DNA of 64,000 nucleotides from Orbicella franksi (Eukaryota): NCBI GenBank assembly GCA_964199315.1, contig OZ116709.1, forward strand, positions 11,346,001 through 11,410,000, in the 5' to 3' direction. The position numbers were made by a program, and so were the translations under genes. Numbering within the stretch: the stretch's first letter is position 1; each line of letters opens with the position of its first letter. The notes beneath the pieces were generated by a model. The model worked only from the letters and a program-made list of their open reading frames with translations, ran no database searches and was not told where the DNA came from. Positions 9,799 to 22,666 of this stretch are shown piece by piece.

Positions 9799-12700
9799 AT
9801 GGCGGCTTCGGGGAAGGACAGACTATTTCACTTTAAATCGAGATTAGAGGTACATAGATCCATGTAACGTTGGCAGCTTGTAGCTTTGTGACATTAGGAC
9901 TTTGGTCTCTTTTTTCATGTTAAATTTGAACTCTGTGATCTGCCATGTCCCTTCAGGAGCTTGACTGCCCATATCTCGGTGGTGTCGAAGATTCATGGAT
10001 GGAAGAGCTGCTGTTCAAACCAGGAGAACCAAGGTTAAGACTTCTGCAGTGGATGCTAGCAAAGTAAGGCATATATAAGACTTATATCTAGGCGAAACGT
10101 CTAGTGGCCTTTTCTCAACCTTCGGTAGTACCCATAATCATTCCCCATACAATAAATATGGGGAATGACTTGTGTATACAGTTTAAGTCCATACAATGTA
10201 CTATTGATAATTATTACATGTATTTTCAGGTTTGATCCAGTTATGTACAATATGCTGGAGAACCAACAGAGTAAGGCTTTAGGGAGAAATGACTCTAGAC
10301 TTCAAAGTGAGTACAAAACATTTAAATATCTTTATTGACCACTCCCCCCAATGGGATTTTTCAGGGCCAATGGAAACAAAACGAAATGATGAAACAAACG
10401 ATGTAAATCCTTAATTAACATAACATGGTTGAAAATCCCAACTGGCAGGAGGCAGACCAGTTGGCTATTTACAAACATGAACTAGGAGTTGAACGTGGGG
10501 CTATCGAGAACAACACCAGCTTGTGGTCAGAATGGGACTTGAACCTGCAATCTCAGGATTTCAAGTTTGGTACCCTAACCACTCAGCCAGAGAGCCACAC
10601 TTCATCCTTGTATGTATACTGTACCTGCAAGCCTGTGTATGTAGTTAGTCACATGTTTGGTTCAATTTCCAAAGCCATTATTTTGGGAAAACTGTAAAAT
10701 TCAAAGTTTATAACAAGTTTTACTTTGTATAATATTTCAGAGTTGCTGTTTTCATGTCATTTGTTGGGACTTTGTAAAAGTGATGATATTGACCTTGTTC
10801 AGGTAAATTTCAAGGGTGTAAATTTACAACAAGAAGCTTTGACAATGTAATAAAAACGATAATGTATGCAGTTTTGGGGGCAAGTTTAAAACACTTCTTA
10901 TGGCGAAATGACAAAATAGCACGATGACTTAATAGTCGATGAGGGATACGGTTGTACCCTTACTGATATTGAGAGCTAACCACTGTTGATTCAGTGCTAT
11001 TTAGGTTAACCATGGTGCCATTTTGTGCCTTAAACATGTTGGGCAGTTTTGGTAATGTGAAATTTACCAGCTATATAATATTAAAAAAAATTATGCAATT
11101 TAATACTGCCGTTTTTGGTCAATTTAAATTATCACATGATTTTATATTTTGCTTGTACAGTAGTACTAACTTATATCAAGGACTAATGTTCCTGTTATTA
11201 TGCTCCACATTACATACAGGCCTATGATGCTATTTCATTGTGGTGTTCTTTGTAGGGTACCAAGTCTAGAAACAAACAAGCAGCATTTTGGGAAAACCTG
11301 ATAGATCTTGTCAGTGCAGTAGAATCGTCAGGTCAGATTCATCACTTTACAACCCCAATAAGAACAGCAAGGTTTGTGTCCTACTTAGAAGTGACATAGT
11401 GTGGTAAAGTAAATTTTTCAATACAGGGATTAGGAGATAGGGCTTAACATTATATTGTGGCAGCAGTTTCAGTTATGAAGGGTTGATTTCCAAACAGATA
11501 CCTGGAACTGGGACAGTAGGGTTATCAGTAAAGGAACAGGGTTGCCAGTCAGTCAGGGAAAAGTCAGGGAAAAACAAATAAATTTTTCAAGGTCAGGGAA
11601 AAGTCCGGGAATGTTGCTAAAAGTCAAGGAAAATCTTAGTTCTTGTGAAAGTCAGCAAACAGTCAGGGAATTTAAAGCAGATGCACGTGCTACAGAGGCC
11701 GAAACAAAAAAACAAAAATGGATTTGTTGGTCAAGTACATGTAAAATGCCATACATGTGTGTTCAAAATCCCATCAAAATCGTAAGTTAGAGGTCGAAAA
11801 TGAAGAGAAGACTATCAGTGGTCTGCAAAAGAAGTTGAAGCTACTTGAAAATGTGGATTCCGCTTATTTGATAATTCACCTAATGCAAGGTCAATGAAAA
11901 ATGTTTTGAGGTCAGTGAAAAGTCAGGGAATTTTTGGGTTCTAATGAGTGGCAACCCTAAGGAAAATTATGAACATTTGGAGCTTACAGTCAACTAGTTT
12001 ACATATCGCAATGAACTGATTAATTTGAAAGGTTGGAAACACACTCATGATGAAATTTTAAGGGAACTGGACTCAAATCTTGATCTGAGACATCAGATAA
12101 CTTACATGTAACTAGTTCCCAGTCTCTCTTGAATCAAAGTGTTGCGATTGTAATGTAAAAAAGGTGAAGTTCGCATACAAGCCATGTGGCTCATTAGGCC
12201 GGACCTTATCCTGCTTTCTCAATTCTGTAGCATGAAGTGACTGGGATTATTACTACTCCTCCCTTGATGTAATGCTAGTCCATCACAGTGTTACCTCCAG
12301 CATTAAATTCACCGGTACCCATTTGTACACCTGGGGAAAGAGAGGCACTGTGAGAGTAAAGTGTTGTGCCCAAGAACACAACACAATGTCCCCAGCCAGG
12401 GCTTAAACTTGGACCACTTGATCTGGAGTCAAAGGCAGCAACCACGAGGCCACGACACCTGCCCTTCAGAGTGTTGTAACTGATTAATAATACTCACACA
12501 AATCGTTTTAAAAGCAAATTGAAAATGCACTTCATCTACAAGACTCATGAAGCTAGATCTAATTAAATCAGTACCCTCATCCTATTTTTTGTATGTTTTG
12601 TATTCAGTTTGTTGTCAGCTACAATCATTTTTTAATATTATTTTTTGCTGTTGTTTCAAAAGTTTACAGTCTGCAGCTCATTTCTCTTTGGACGACCAAT

Positions 12701-15700
12701 TCAAGAATGACTGTTACTTCCTTGATGCACTGTGTCGCCAAAATGACCTTCAGGATATTTTTAGGTCAAAAGTTCAGCTCTACCCTCCTGACTTGGTAAA
12801 AACTACATCAGGACTGGAACATAAAAAGTAAGTTAGAGTAGGATAAGTGTGCAATGATGGGACTGTTTAATTCTACTGCACTAATCACAAAGCAATTACT
12901 GGGAAAGCCTTCTCTTGTTCAAAATATTTACCAGAAAACACTAGTAAGCATCAAAATTCAGACTCTGGAACTATATATACAGAAAGACATACATAAAACT
13001 TTATTTTATCTCAGATATAAATTATTAATTCACTTATTTCTTACTTTTACTGGAAATAAAAATATTTCCATGGTGTGCGAAAAAAATTTGAATTTCCGAA
13101 GGGGAGGGTGGTCATATGAAAAATCCCTTCCATGAGGGGTATCGATATTTTCTGAAACTACACAATTAGAAATATTTGAAAGGAAAAAAAAAACAATCCA
13201 TGAATTTGCTTATTCAGTTAAAAAAATATATTATTCTGACATCTGCAGTTGAAGGTGGAATGCCAGCATACTAATGCAGAAACATGTGCTCTTGACCATG
13301 CTCTTCAAATTGAGGGAAATTTTGGTAAAGAGACAACCAGATGTGCAATTACAGTTTAGGTCTGCTTAACACCTGCTTACTAACCCCTCATGTCCATATT
13401 TTGTAAAACCTAACTAACGCATACAAACATTGAAGCACTGAAACACTAGAATAAACCGAATTCTGAAGTGAAAAACTTTGCTCAAAAAATTACAGACACA
13501 CTATTTATGTCTGCTACACGGATCATCATAACCCATCTTAATAACTCAGCCAGACACACATTCTGATACCAGAAAAAAAGCAGACTTCTGAAGAAAAAAA
13601 ATTCAGTCAGAAAATTATGTATTGATCAAATAGAAACATCAACACCCCCTAGGCGTACCCCAGGCATTTGACTCGTTGCCACGCCCATTGGGGGAGGGGG
13701 GGGGGGATTTAACACCATACAAGAGAACTGGGGAGGAGATTTGGACAAATTCCCGCGGTTGTTTTAACCGTGATCGTAATCATGGCGGAATTCTTGGAGA
13801 TGCGCTCGACATAAGCATAAGAATAAGCACAAGAAAAACGGAACTGTTCGTTTTTCTTGTGCTTATGCTTATGCTTATGTCGAGCGCGTTACTAGTGAAA
13901 ACTGCAAAAGACAAATGAGTGGGTTCGTTCTTCTTATGTTTCTGCTTATGCTTATGTTTACGTCGCGCCTGTTTTCACTTGTGCTTATGCTTATGCTTGT
14001 GCTTATGTTCTAGTGAAAACTAGCCTTAACAGTTTGAACATAACGACATAAGGAAAAAAAAACTGATTTATTCCTTACGTCGATGTTCACATTACTGACA
14101 TAAGCGATTAAAATGACGACATGATTGATCATCGCAGTTATACACACAACTTAAGCAGCTATGAAATCTAAAAAGCCTGATTTTGTTTTCAGGGTTTAAT
14201 TTCACAGCTGCTTAAGTTGTGTATATAAAAAAATTTAACTGCGATGATCAATCATGTCTTCATATCTTTCTCTGCAGTTCAAACATATGATCTTTCATAT
14301 TATTCACTTGTATATTAAGCGATTTATGTCGTTTTGTCGCTGGTGTGAAACAGGCCCAAGTGAACAAACAAAACTTGCAATTGTTCTAAATCTGTGTTCT
14401 CACAGTGTAGCAAAGGCACTTTAAATGAGAGAATGAAGTGCGAACATCGTATAATTATGCTAAAGCAGTGCTTTTTCGGGTGCTCGAATTGTGACAAAAA
14501 ATGTTTTTGTTCCCTTGAAATCAGTAAATGATCATCCGTTTACTCTAGAGGCCCTCTGGGCACTCTAATCTGGTAACTACAGCAACGCTACCTTTTCAAC
14601 AGAAATGTTTCTGTGACACAAACGCACATATCGCCCGCCCTTAAAGGCGGTTGTTTTGTTTCGGTTGAGTGAAACCAGCGATGAAATAAGTGAAGCGAGG
14701 CAGTTGTAAAATATTTGAATATGTAAATTACATTAGCTTTCGTATTACCTTGATTTAGACACTTAATCGTTCAAAAACGTTAACAGCACAGCAGTCGAGA
14801 TATTATCGCCGCAAAATGGACCACGAGGATGCCCGTCACCAAATGAAAGGGCATTCTCAATCGGCGACTTCGCAAGATTCTTCAGCGACGTGTAACCCGT
14901 CTAAATTAACCTTTAAAGCTTATTTCTTTCTATTTTTCGCCGCCATTGGCAGTTCCCTGCCTTATCTGACATTGTACTACAAGCAGCTTGGACTCACCGC
15001 TGGACATACAGGGATTCTAAATGGCGTGAGACTCTTTACAGAATTCATCGGGTCCCCGTTATGGGGCATGGTCGGGGACAAATTTAGGATGCGAAAGATT
15101 ATCTTATTCGCTTCGCTGGTGTCGTATACAACAGGGACTTTGTTGCTTATGGCTGTTCAACCGCAAAATCAACAGTGTGTCAAGACTGAAGCGAATAAAA
15201 CTGAGATAACATCTCTGATTTTTACCGCAGGAGGAACGCTAAAATTAGGAGACGACAAACAAGAGGAAAGATTTGAAAACCACGCTAGTACTGCACATTT
15301 TACCCGCAAAGTCGACGAATCCGAAATCACGAAAATATTCATAATTTTTCTGGTGATAATTTGTACTAGTCAAATCATTGGTTCTGTCGTTTTCAGCATG
15401 CCTGATGCTTTAGTCGTGGGCTTTCTGAAAGAAAATGTTCACGCGTTCGGAACTTTCCGAATGTGGGGCGAAGTGGGCGTCGCTGGAGGTTCGTTTCTCG
15501 TCGGAGGAGTCATAAACTTTTACCAATCGGAGGTGTGCGGTGAGACTGTGAAGAACTACTTCATTTCATTCTATTTCTTTGCTGGATTCAATGCGCTGGC
15601 AATATTCACTGTTATCTTCATAAAAGTAAGCTACGCCGATCTGGAGACATCATCAAGCGTTACTATATTACCATTACTGAAAGAACTTCTGAAATTCCGT

Positions 15701-18700
15701 AATGCGGTGATTATAATTATGGCTACTTATCTAGGAATGCTGAACGGCTTGCACGAATACTTCGGCTTCTGGTACCTGGATGATCTCGGGGCCAAGCCCT
15801 ACATGTTGGGTATCGCATCTGGTTTGCGTTACACCGTAGCTATGCTCGCGTACTTCGCGTCAGAGGTTGTAATCACCAAGGTCGGACATGTGTGCGCCAT
15901 AACCGCAAGTTTAGCACTTTACGTAGCGGTGTACCTGGGCCTGGCATTTGTCCTCAACCCTTGGCTGGGTGTGGTGCTATACAGTGTCCAGGGATTGCTG
16001 TATGGCACAAGCTGGGTAGCCTGTGTGGTTTTTGGCGGTACCATATCCTTACGACTTGGCTTCTACGCAGTTACACAAGGTAATTGATGACTCGGATTAT
16101 CAATTCTCTCTACTGATTGCCGTAAATTTCTTTTAATGTTGGTTTGCGAATTTGGCCGTACATCAAGGCGTAGGGTTGAGTTGCAATAAACAGCCACTGA
16201 TTTTTTTCTTATTTTATCGTCAGCTAACCGTATGTCTGGGATAAACTGAAACATGCTAAATGTGCAATAATTTTTTAAGGCACCATGCAACTACTAAAAA
16301 CACTGCAAAGATTTTGAGTTCGAAGAAAAATACATTGTTTGGATGGGATCAATGCTTGATCTTGAACGTTTGAACAGGGAACCGAAATTTATTTTCTTAA
16401 GGTCAGGGAAAAGTCAGGGAGTTTTATTTTGAGTTAGGGAAAATTGACAATTTGAAGAAAAGTCAGGGAAAATTGAAATTATTACACCACCGATTAAATA
16501 CCATTGAAGGCTGGAAAAACAATTCAGGTCATTGTTGTGCTCTCAAAGATGTTTTCCTTCACGAAGAAGGCGAATTGTTGGTGTTTTTTTTTTTTTTTTT
16601 TTTTTTTTTGATCAATTGTTATCAGTCTTGCTAAATAAATGGGTGGAAAGGACCGCTGTGAGGAGTAGCTGGAGGCCAGTACTATATCTGAAATTTTGTA
16701 GTTATTTGGTTCATAAAAATCATATTTTATCGAGGAGAAGCCAGGGAATTTTGAAAAGCGATATCTGTGGCAACCATGTTGAGCTCGCAGTTTCGTCAAC
16801 TGCCAGCTACGCAGAGTAATGATTCGCTTGAAATGAGAGTTAAACGCAAATCTCATTAACTCTTATTTTGTCCTCGTACTTTTTTTATTTGGCCACTAAA
16901 CTACGTGGAGAACTTGAACGAAATTTAGGCGACTCTGGAACCTAGGAGCATTCGTTTATTTTTATGTTATTTATTAATTTGTTTTCTTCTTTTGCGACAT
17001 AAAGCAAAAAGTTGATGTCGACAAAATTTCGGGCAATAAGGGTCCGTTTCTTACCAACATTGCCGCCTAAAACTGATCGCCGGCTCAGATAAATCGCCGC
17101 TTTTCTGCTTGACGTTTCTAACTTCGTGTTTGTTTGACTGCAGGTGTCCTGGGTGGATGTTACTGGGGACTAGGAGTTGGCACAGGCATAGTGATCAGCG
17201 GTCTCCTTATCAACTGGGTCGGCGTTGCCAAGACTTATTTCATTTACTCTATCACGACAATATTTGTTTTAGGTCTGTTTTCATCCACTCATTTGTTCGT
17301 AAAGTTAAGAGAAGGAAAAAGAGAGAGCGAAGAAAGTTATAAATTAGTGGCGACGAGTGAAAAGGAACCCCAGGAATAACGTTGACGTTTAATATACAGG
17401 GATAAATTATTGTTTGAAAACTTGGCTTCTTAGAGTTGAACCCAAGCCGCGTGCAGATGTCTAGTATGTCTATTGCTTTCACTTATTTCAGTGTAATTTC
17501 CAGATTCCTTGAGTTCTCGATTTTTCGAACCTTCCGATAACTCGAACTAGAAGTCGTTTCCCTCTCCTCAGTCGAACATTGTCATTTTACCCCCTCCCCC
17601 AACCCCCTGCAAAAAAAAAAATTCTCGAACTACTCGAGTGTTTCAATTAAAGCAATTTTCGTTTCCCTTCAAGGATCGAAAAATCGGGATTCTCCTGTAA
17701 AATGTTTCAAAGAAAAAGAAATAAAGAATTCAAAGTTTACTTGGATAAAGTTTAGTAAATGCTTTTTAATCTACAATGAGTGTTAAAAGTTGTTATACAA
17801 ACGCAAAAACATGTCCAGACGAGCATACTTTGCAAATCTTAATAAAACTCAGCCAGACCAACATTCTGACACCACGATAAACAGAACTCCGAAGACTGAT
17901 TAAATAGAAACATCAACATCCCCTCCACCCCCTCCCTCCTTTGGGCATATCGCGGGCATTTCACTGTTATATGGGAGGAGTAGGACGAGATTTGGACAAA
18001 TTCCGGTGTGTTTACCTTGACGGAAATCACAGCGGTAATCTTGCAGATAGGGAAACGAGAGAACTTTGAGGGAAAACCATGTTCATTTGTGAGATCCTGG
18101 CTGGAGAAAATCGGCCTGGAAAAGCTATTCGCCGGGTTTCAAGGAAAAAAGGGTTTTGCTTCTGTTTTCCGCGTCTATGTACGTTAAAAGTTCATTTCTA
18201 AATCACGTAAACTTCTGTCCTCCTCTACAAGTTGTTTTTCTCCAAGTATGTACTAAGTTAGATGCATTTCACCACCAATATTTGCCCTCGGGAAGGCAAT
18301 TCACAACCGAAAATTCAAAATCTCCTATGCCCAGGGAGTTGCCCGGAGGGGGATGTTCAAAGCTTCGACTTGACCGGCTTTACAGAGTGAAATAAATTAA
18401 ACTTCATGGGCACGGGTTTGCACGCGATTGCAAACGTAACTTCAAGCTTGGAACATTCTAATCTAAAAATATATATACTTTTAGAGCCATTACTTCTCTT
18501 GTAAACAATGATAAAACAAAATATCATCCTTAAAGGGGCTCAGTCACGGTTTGTGCATGTTGTCAGCCTCAATTTTTCAAATTTGTCGTTTGTAATCCGT
18601 GTTAATCTTCTCCATCCTTAGCCACCCTTGTTCCTTTATGGTTTATCATTATCTCTTTGGTGTTTTTCTATCTTATTAAACTGTTATTTTCAAGTTTCCT

Positions 18701-21700
18701 ACCATTTAAAGGTAATTTTGTATGTGGCCAAAATAACTCAAAATACCTTGACTGAGCTCCTTTAAGAAAATAACAACTTTGTCATGTTACATCTAAACAC
18801 AGTAGTTATTCATTTAACCCAATCATTGTGTAAATGTCAACAGATGAAGTTACACCAGGTAATTGAAACCTTCCAACCGTTCTGAAACGACTTTTATTCC
18901 TGCTAGGTTCTAAAGAACGGCCATCAGCATAAAAAAAAGCCGTCACAAGGCTGCATGCTTATTACTACAAGATGTGCACCTCGCGTAGTCTCGAACTGTA
19001 ACTTTCTGTTTGGCTCTGGTAAAACACTTGAAATACCCAACTTGGTACAACAGCTAACTTTGTTTTTCACCAACACATTTCCCTGCCTCTTTTTCACGAT
19101 TGTAACTTTTCTTACCCACAAAAAATTCAACAACTGAAAAATTATCTACTGTAGGAACCCGCAAAAATAACGTCATGTCCCAAGTTCGTAAAGCATTGCT
19201 TGAACAAACACAGTTTTTAAAGCAATGGCAAGCACGACTCTACTTCAATTTAAAAATATTGTGTAAACGTGGCTGAACAAAGTGTTTTTCAAAATTATGC
19301 AGGTCCTCATATGATTATTTAGTGTTAAAATATCTGCCAATCAACAGAATACCTGATGAAAAACAGTTGATGTCCGTCACAGAAAAGTTGGCGAATGAAT
19401 TGGAAGAACAGAGCAAACAGCTGGACGAGCTAAGAGAAAATGTATGACAAACAGTTCATTTTATTACAGTCGAACCTCTTCGCCACGGCCACCTTGGGGA
19501 CAGAGGAAAGTGGCCGTTATGGGGAGGTAGGGGTGTAATATAACCCCTGTTTTTTTTTCGGGGTGCTACATTTTTTGTCAAAAAAAGCTTATTCTAGCAT
19601 ATGTTCATCAAAATGTATCAATACAGTAGAAACTAAACAGAAACAGATACTAACGACGCCCGGTACGGATCAAGTCTGTGACCTTTGACAATACAAAAAT
19701 GGGATTTTGTATACACCGTTCGTCAGTCGTTGATTAACTGGCCGTTGTCGAGAGGTTATTTTGGCCGGTTGGGACGAGTTTTAGTAGCCGTTGCCGTTGT
19801 GGAGAGGTGGCCGTTGTAGAGAAGTTAAAATACGAGTGAATGTATGGACCGTCCGTCGGGACCAAAAAAGTAACCGCTGTTGAGAGGTGGCCTTTAGTGG
19901 AGGTTCGACTGTATAAATCTTACACTTGAATCAGATAACCTTTCTGCTCATGATAAATCAGTGTTTTTAATTGCCCATTATAGTCGCTCTTTTCCTAGTT
20001 TGAAATTTGCTAAGCTCTTTCGTATGTTTCTTTGACCACAGGCTCCTCTATGTGATGCTGACGCTATAACAGTTGAGAAAGTGAGCAAAACACTGTCTCT
20101 ATCACTCACCACCATGGCTCAGGCTGTGTCTGGATTTCTTCACTGCTTTGAGACCGAGATGAAGCCTTGGTGTAAAAGACCAGCACCTTTACTGTCAGGT
20201 ACAATGGGGTAATCTTGAAAGTTGCTCATAAAATGTTGGATAGCTTCTCACTTGAATGCCTAAAAGTTGCCAAAAAATTGTCAATAATCCAAAAAAAATG
20301 CTACCTAAATTTCAAAAGTTGCTACCTAAATTTCTTGATATTTTTATATAAACGTTAATTAAAAGCTAAATTTTTCGTTCCACACAATGATTGCTAACAT
20401 CGGTCAAGGAAAAAATTCTAATAGACCAGAACACATGGTTTATTTTACGTCTTGCCGAACGATACGAAAGAACTTCAAACTTCAAAGGTTGATAAACATT
20501 CAAGAAATTCGCATAAATTGAAGTTTTCTGGGAAATAGTTGGCTTTTTCGTGCTTGACATGTGCTCTAAACCTACATTTTGATCAGAAGTTGCTCAGAAA
20601 GGCTCGAGGTTGCTAGAACTGCAAAAAGTTGCTCACGTAATATTTTCTTGGGATGAATTGAAAGATTACACGTGTTGGTATGTGTTGTAGGTTAAAAATA
20701 CTGTCCATGTTAAGCGCGGGTGTAATGTGGGGCTCAAAGACTTAGCCCTTGATGTCTGGTGGCTTGATTTTTATTTCGTAGACTCTGGCTTCTGGGCTAT
20801 CATAAGCATGAAAAACTTAATTTAACTTTTAGTTTACTTACAATTTCCTTTTGATTACAGAGGTTGGCCCAGCATTCAGTAGAGTTCATTCACTTTTACT
20901 GAGATATACAGAGGTGAGAACGAATCCGGAGGCCTGTTTTGGTACCATTCATGCCTTTACTCAGATGATTACGTGGAAATGGCAGTTGTGTCTTTAATGC
21001 AGGGATTAAACATAACAATAACCCCATGGAAGTGATCACCCTCAGTGGCTCATTCGCCAACTATGCATTAACGTATTTTGCATTTTAAAACTCCTGACAA
21101 GGTTGCCCTAAATACCAACCTACTTCATCAAATAAGCAACAGCAACAGCCCTCCATGAGGGACTCAGTGGGTCCGTTGTTGTAGCTGTTGATGGTGATGG
21201 TGATGGTGATGATGATGGTTGTGGTGGTCGAGGCGGCCACAGCAGCAGTGGTGGCGGTGGTGCATTTACCAGCTCACTGGGAAGGTTGCTCTTGCTAAAG
21301 GGCTACTCTGTTTGTTTGTTTGTAAACTAGTGCAGCGTGCAAGGAAAGTCGTGTCCGATAGCCTGGGGCCAGTGGTGTTTGCAGTCTGGTTGGTGGATTC
21401 GGGCAAGCGAAGTTTCTTAGCAAAAGTGTTAATGAAATTCAAACTGCAGAAGTACTGTAAGAGATGAAATTTTGTAGGGCTTGTCGAAATGACTTTAGGA
21501 TTATTACATCATAGTTACAGTTTGCTCGAAGCTAGGGTAAGCCGCAAAATTGGTGGAAAATGCAGTGTCTTATGTGACTATGGTTGCAACGGGCACACAA
21601 GTATTATATTCTCTTGTGTGAGTGATGTTTTAATTCTGTTTTACTTGTCCTGTTACAACTTTCAGCTGCTGCAAAGCTTGGGAACAATCAAGGGCTCGTA

Positions 21701-22666
21701 CAATGAAATATGCCAGGAAAGTAAAGCGAAAGTCTCAAAAAGACAAGCAGATGACTCAGGTAACATGTACTCTTACATCTTCATTATCGCTTTCACAGTC
21801 GCCTTCTACGCCGTCTCTATACTCTCTATTATTTTATATAATTATGTCGAATTATTCTCGCATTTTGATTGGTTCTAACTTATGATCAATTGGAAGACAG
21901 ATGCATAGATGACGTCATTAACAATTTTTTTTCTTTATTATATCAAACAAGTAGATTCCATGTTGCCGGGCGTCTGTTCAGTAACAAATCACAGACGACG
22001 TCAAAATGTGGCAAGAACATCAGTGACACACTCGGCTATCGCCTCGTGTGTCACGTTTTTGTTCTTACCACATTTTGACGTCATCTGTGATCAAATACTG
22101 AACAGACACATGGTAAACATTAAATCTATTTGTTACGTCAGTTTCATTCCAAAGTTCAAAAAATAGTGATTTTCCTTACGAACTGCCAGAGATTTGTCAG
22201 TTCATGTAGTGTGGAGAATTAAGTATTACTTGACATCAAGATCCCCCAAGTTCATTCAGTTCTTTATTTTCGTCATCGCCTGCCTGATATAGCATACAGT
22301 ACTGCAGAGACAATTTTGATATTAATCACGGTGGCATTCGGGGTTTTTTTCCCTTGCTTTCGGCCTTTTGGTTGATTCCCTCAAAGTCCCAGACCTGGAA
22401 TATACTCGTCCAAAGATTCCTCGTTACCCAGTAACTGAAATGACATTAGATAAATCGCAAACCGTTGTGTTCTTGGATTTCGTCTGTTAGCTTTGGTTCC
22501 TAAGGTCTCAGGGAGACCTTAGGAACTAAGTAACGGTTAGGATATATTTACTTTTTTGTTATCTCTTATAATTTCAGGCATCAACCAGGCGGAACTGCAA
22601 ACACTTCAGGGGTGTTTAGGTGTGTTGGAAGTTTCATTACAACGACTCAAAGAAGGAGAGCATTGA
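9799..22666 (+). CDS. HAUS7: HAUS augmin-like complex subunit 7, multi-exon gene
   Basis: Exons with GT-AG ends and consistent phase: 9799-9849, 9957-10063, 10230-10306, 10741-10802, 11256-11331 (or -11371), 12677 (or 12670)-12827, 19348-19441, 20042-20198, 20861-20913, 21666-21759, 22578-22666 (TGA). Peptides RLEELDCPYL...EELLFKPGEPRLRLLQWM, LLGLCKSDDIDLVQG and FETEMKPWCKRPAPLLSEVGP resemble HAUS7 as recalled (KLKDLNCPFL...ELLCSPSEYRLEILEWM; CQRPGPDLHPCGP). The exon 5-6 junction is unresolved. Confidence 0.78.
10330..10597 (-). mobile_element. tRNA-derived SINE (family 2) in HAUS7 intron 3
   Basis: The reverse strand begins with degenerate A/B-box tRNA-like sequence. It shares its head with the plus-strand copy at 43506-43604. 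Confidence 0.6.
11537..11958. mobile_element. Non-autonomous DNA transposon (hAT-like ends), with a partial second copy at about 16380-16480
   Basis: TIR CAGGGTTGCCA / TGGCAACCCT. Internal repeated AAAGTCAGGGAA motifs. Confidence 0.55.
12161..12463 (-). mobile_element. tRNA-derived SINE (family 1) with a CORE-like central domain
   Basis: Reverse strand: TGGCCTCGTGG (A box), GTTTAAGCC (degenerate B box), then GTGTTCTTGGGCACAACACTTTACTCTCACAGTGCCTC...AAATGGG. Related copies at about 24120-24345, 34445-34635, 38030-38080 and 56930-57060. Confidence 0.7.
13802..14030. repeat. ATAAGC/GCTTAT-rich palindromic MITE-like repeat
   Basis: 39-bp inverted arms 13802-13840 and 13849-13887 with 1 mismatch and an 8-nt loop. 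Further GCTTAT arrays run to 14030. Confidence 0.7.
14110..14315. mobile_element. Hairpin-forming insertion flanked by a 9-bp direct repeat
   Basis: Arms GACATGATTGATCATCGCAGTTATACACACAACTTAAGCAGC and its reverse complement. TAAGCGATT at 14101-14109 and 14316-14324. Confidence 0.6.
14816..17379 (+). CDS. MFSD6: MFSD6-like major facilitator superfamily transporter (499 aa, 2 coding exons), nested in a HAUS7 intron
   Basis: Exon 1 14816-16079 (CAAG|gtaatt) and exon 2 17144-17379 (tgcag|GT) total 1500 nt in frame. Motifs KAYFFLFFAAIGSSLPYLTLYYKQLGL, PLWGMVGDKFRMRK, FGTFRMWGEVG and GLLYGTSW are typical of the MFSD6 family. This is a family assignment, not proven orthology. Confidence 0.88.
17885..18385. 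repeat. Degenerate MITE-like repeat; related fragment at about 13630-13790
   Basis: Shared TAGAAACATCAACA...GATTTGGACAAATTCC blocks. Imperfect terminal inversion AACATCCCC / GGGGATGTT. Confidence 0.45.
18534..18761. mobile_element. TTAA-flanked MITE (Kolobok/piggyBac-type); fragment also at about 23597-23700
   Basis: TTAA|AGGGGCTCAGTCACGG ... CCTTGACTGAGCTCCT|TTAA: 16-bp TIR with 2 mismatches and a TTAA TSD. Confidence 0.8.
19467..19911. mobile_element. Tc1/mariner-pogo-type MITE
   Basis: TA|CAGTCGAACCTC ... GAGGTTCGACTG|TA: perfect 12-bp TIR with a TA TSD. Confidence 0.85.
21188..21262. repeat. (TGA/TGG)n trinucleotide microsatellite
   Basis: GATGGTGATGGTGATGGTGATGATGATGGTTGTGGTGG... Confidence 0.8.
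21950..22125. repeat. Long imperfect hairpin repeat (foldback MITE)
   Basis: Arms ...CTGTTCAGTAACAAATCACAGACGACGTCAAAATGTGGCAAGAAC and GTTCTTACCACATTTTGACGTCATCTGTGATCAAATACTGAACAG. Confidence 0.7.

Noticed and set aside
13802-14030. ATAAGC/GCTTAT arrays superficially like a CRISPR or regulatory array
   Set aside because: Eukaryotic context, no repeat-spacer periodicity and no cas genes; fits a foldback MITE.
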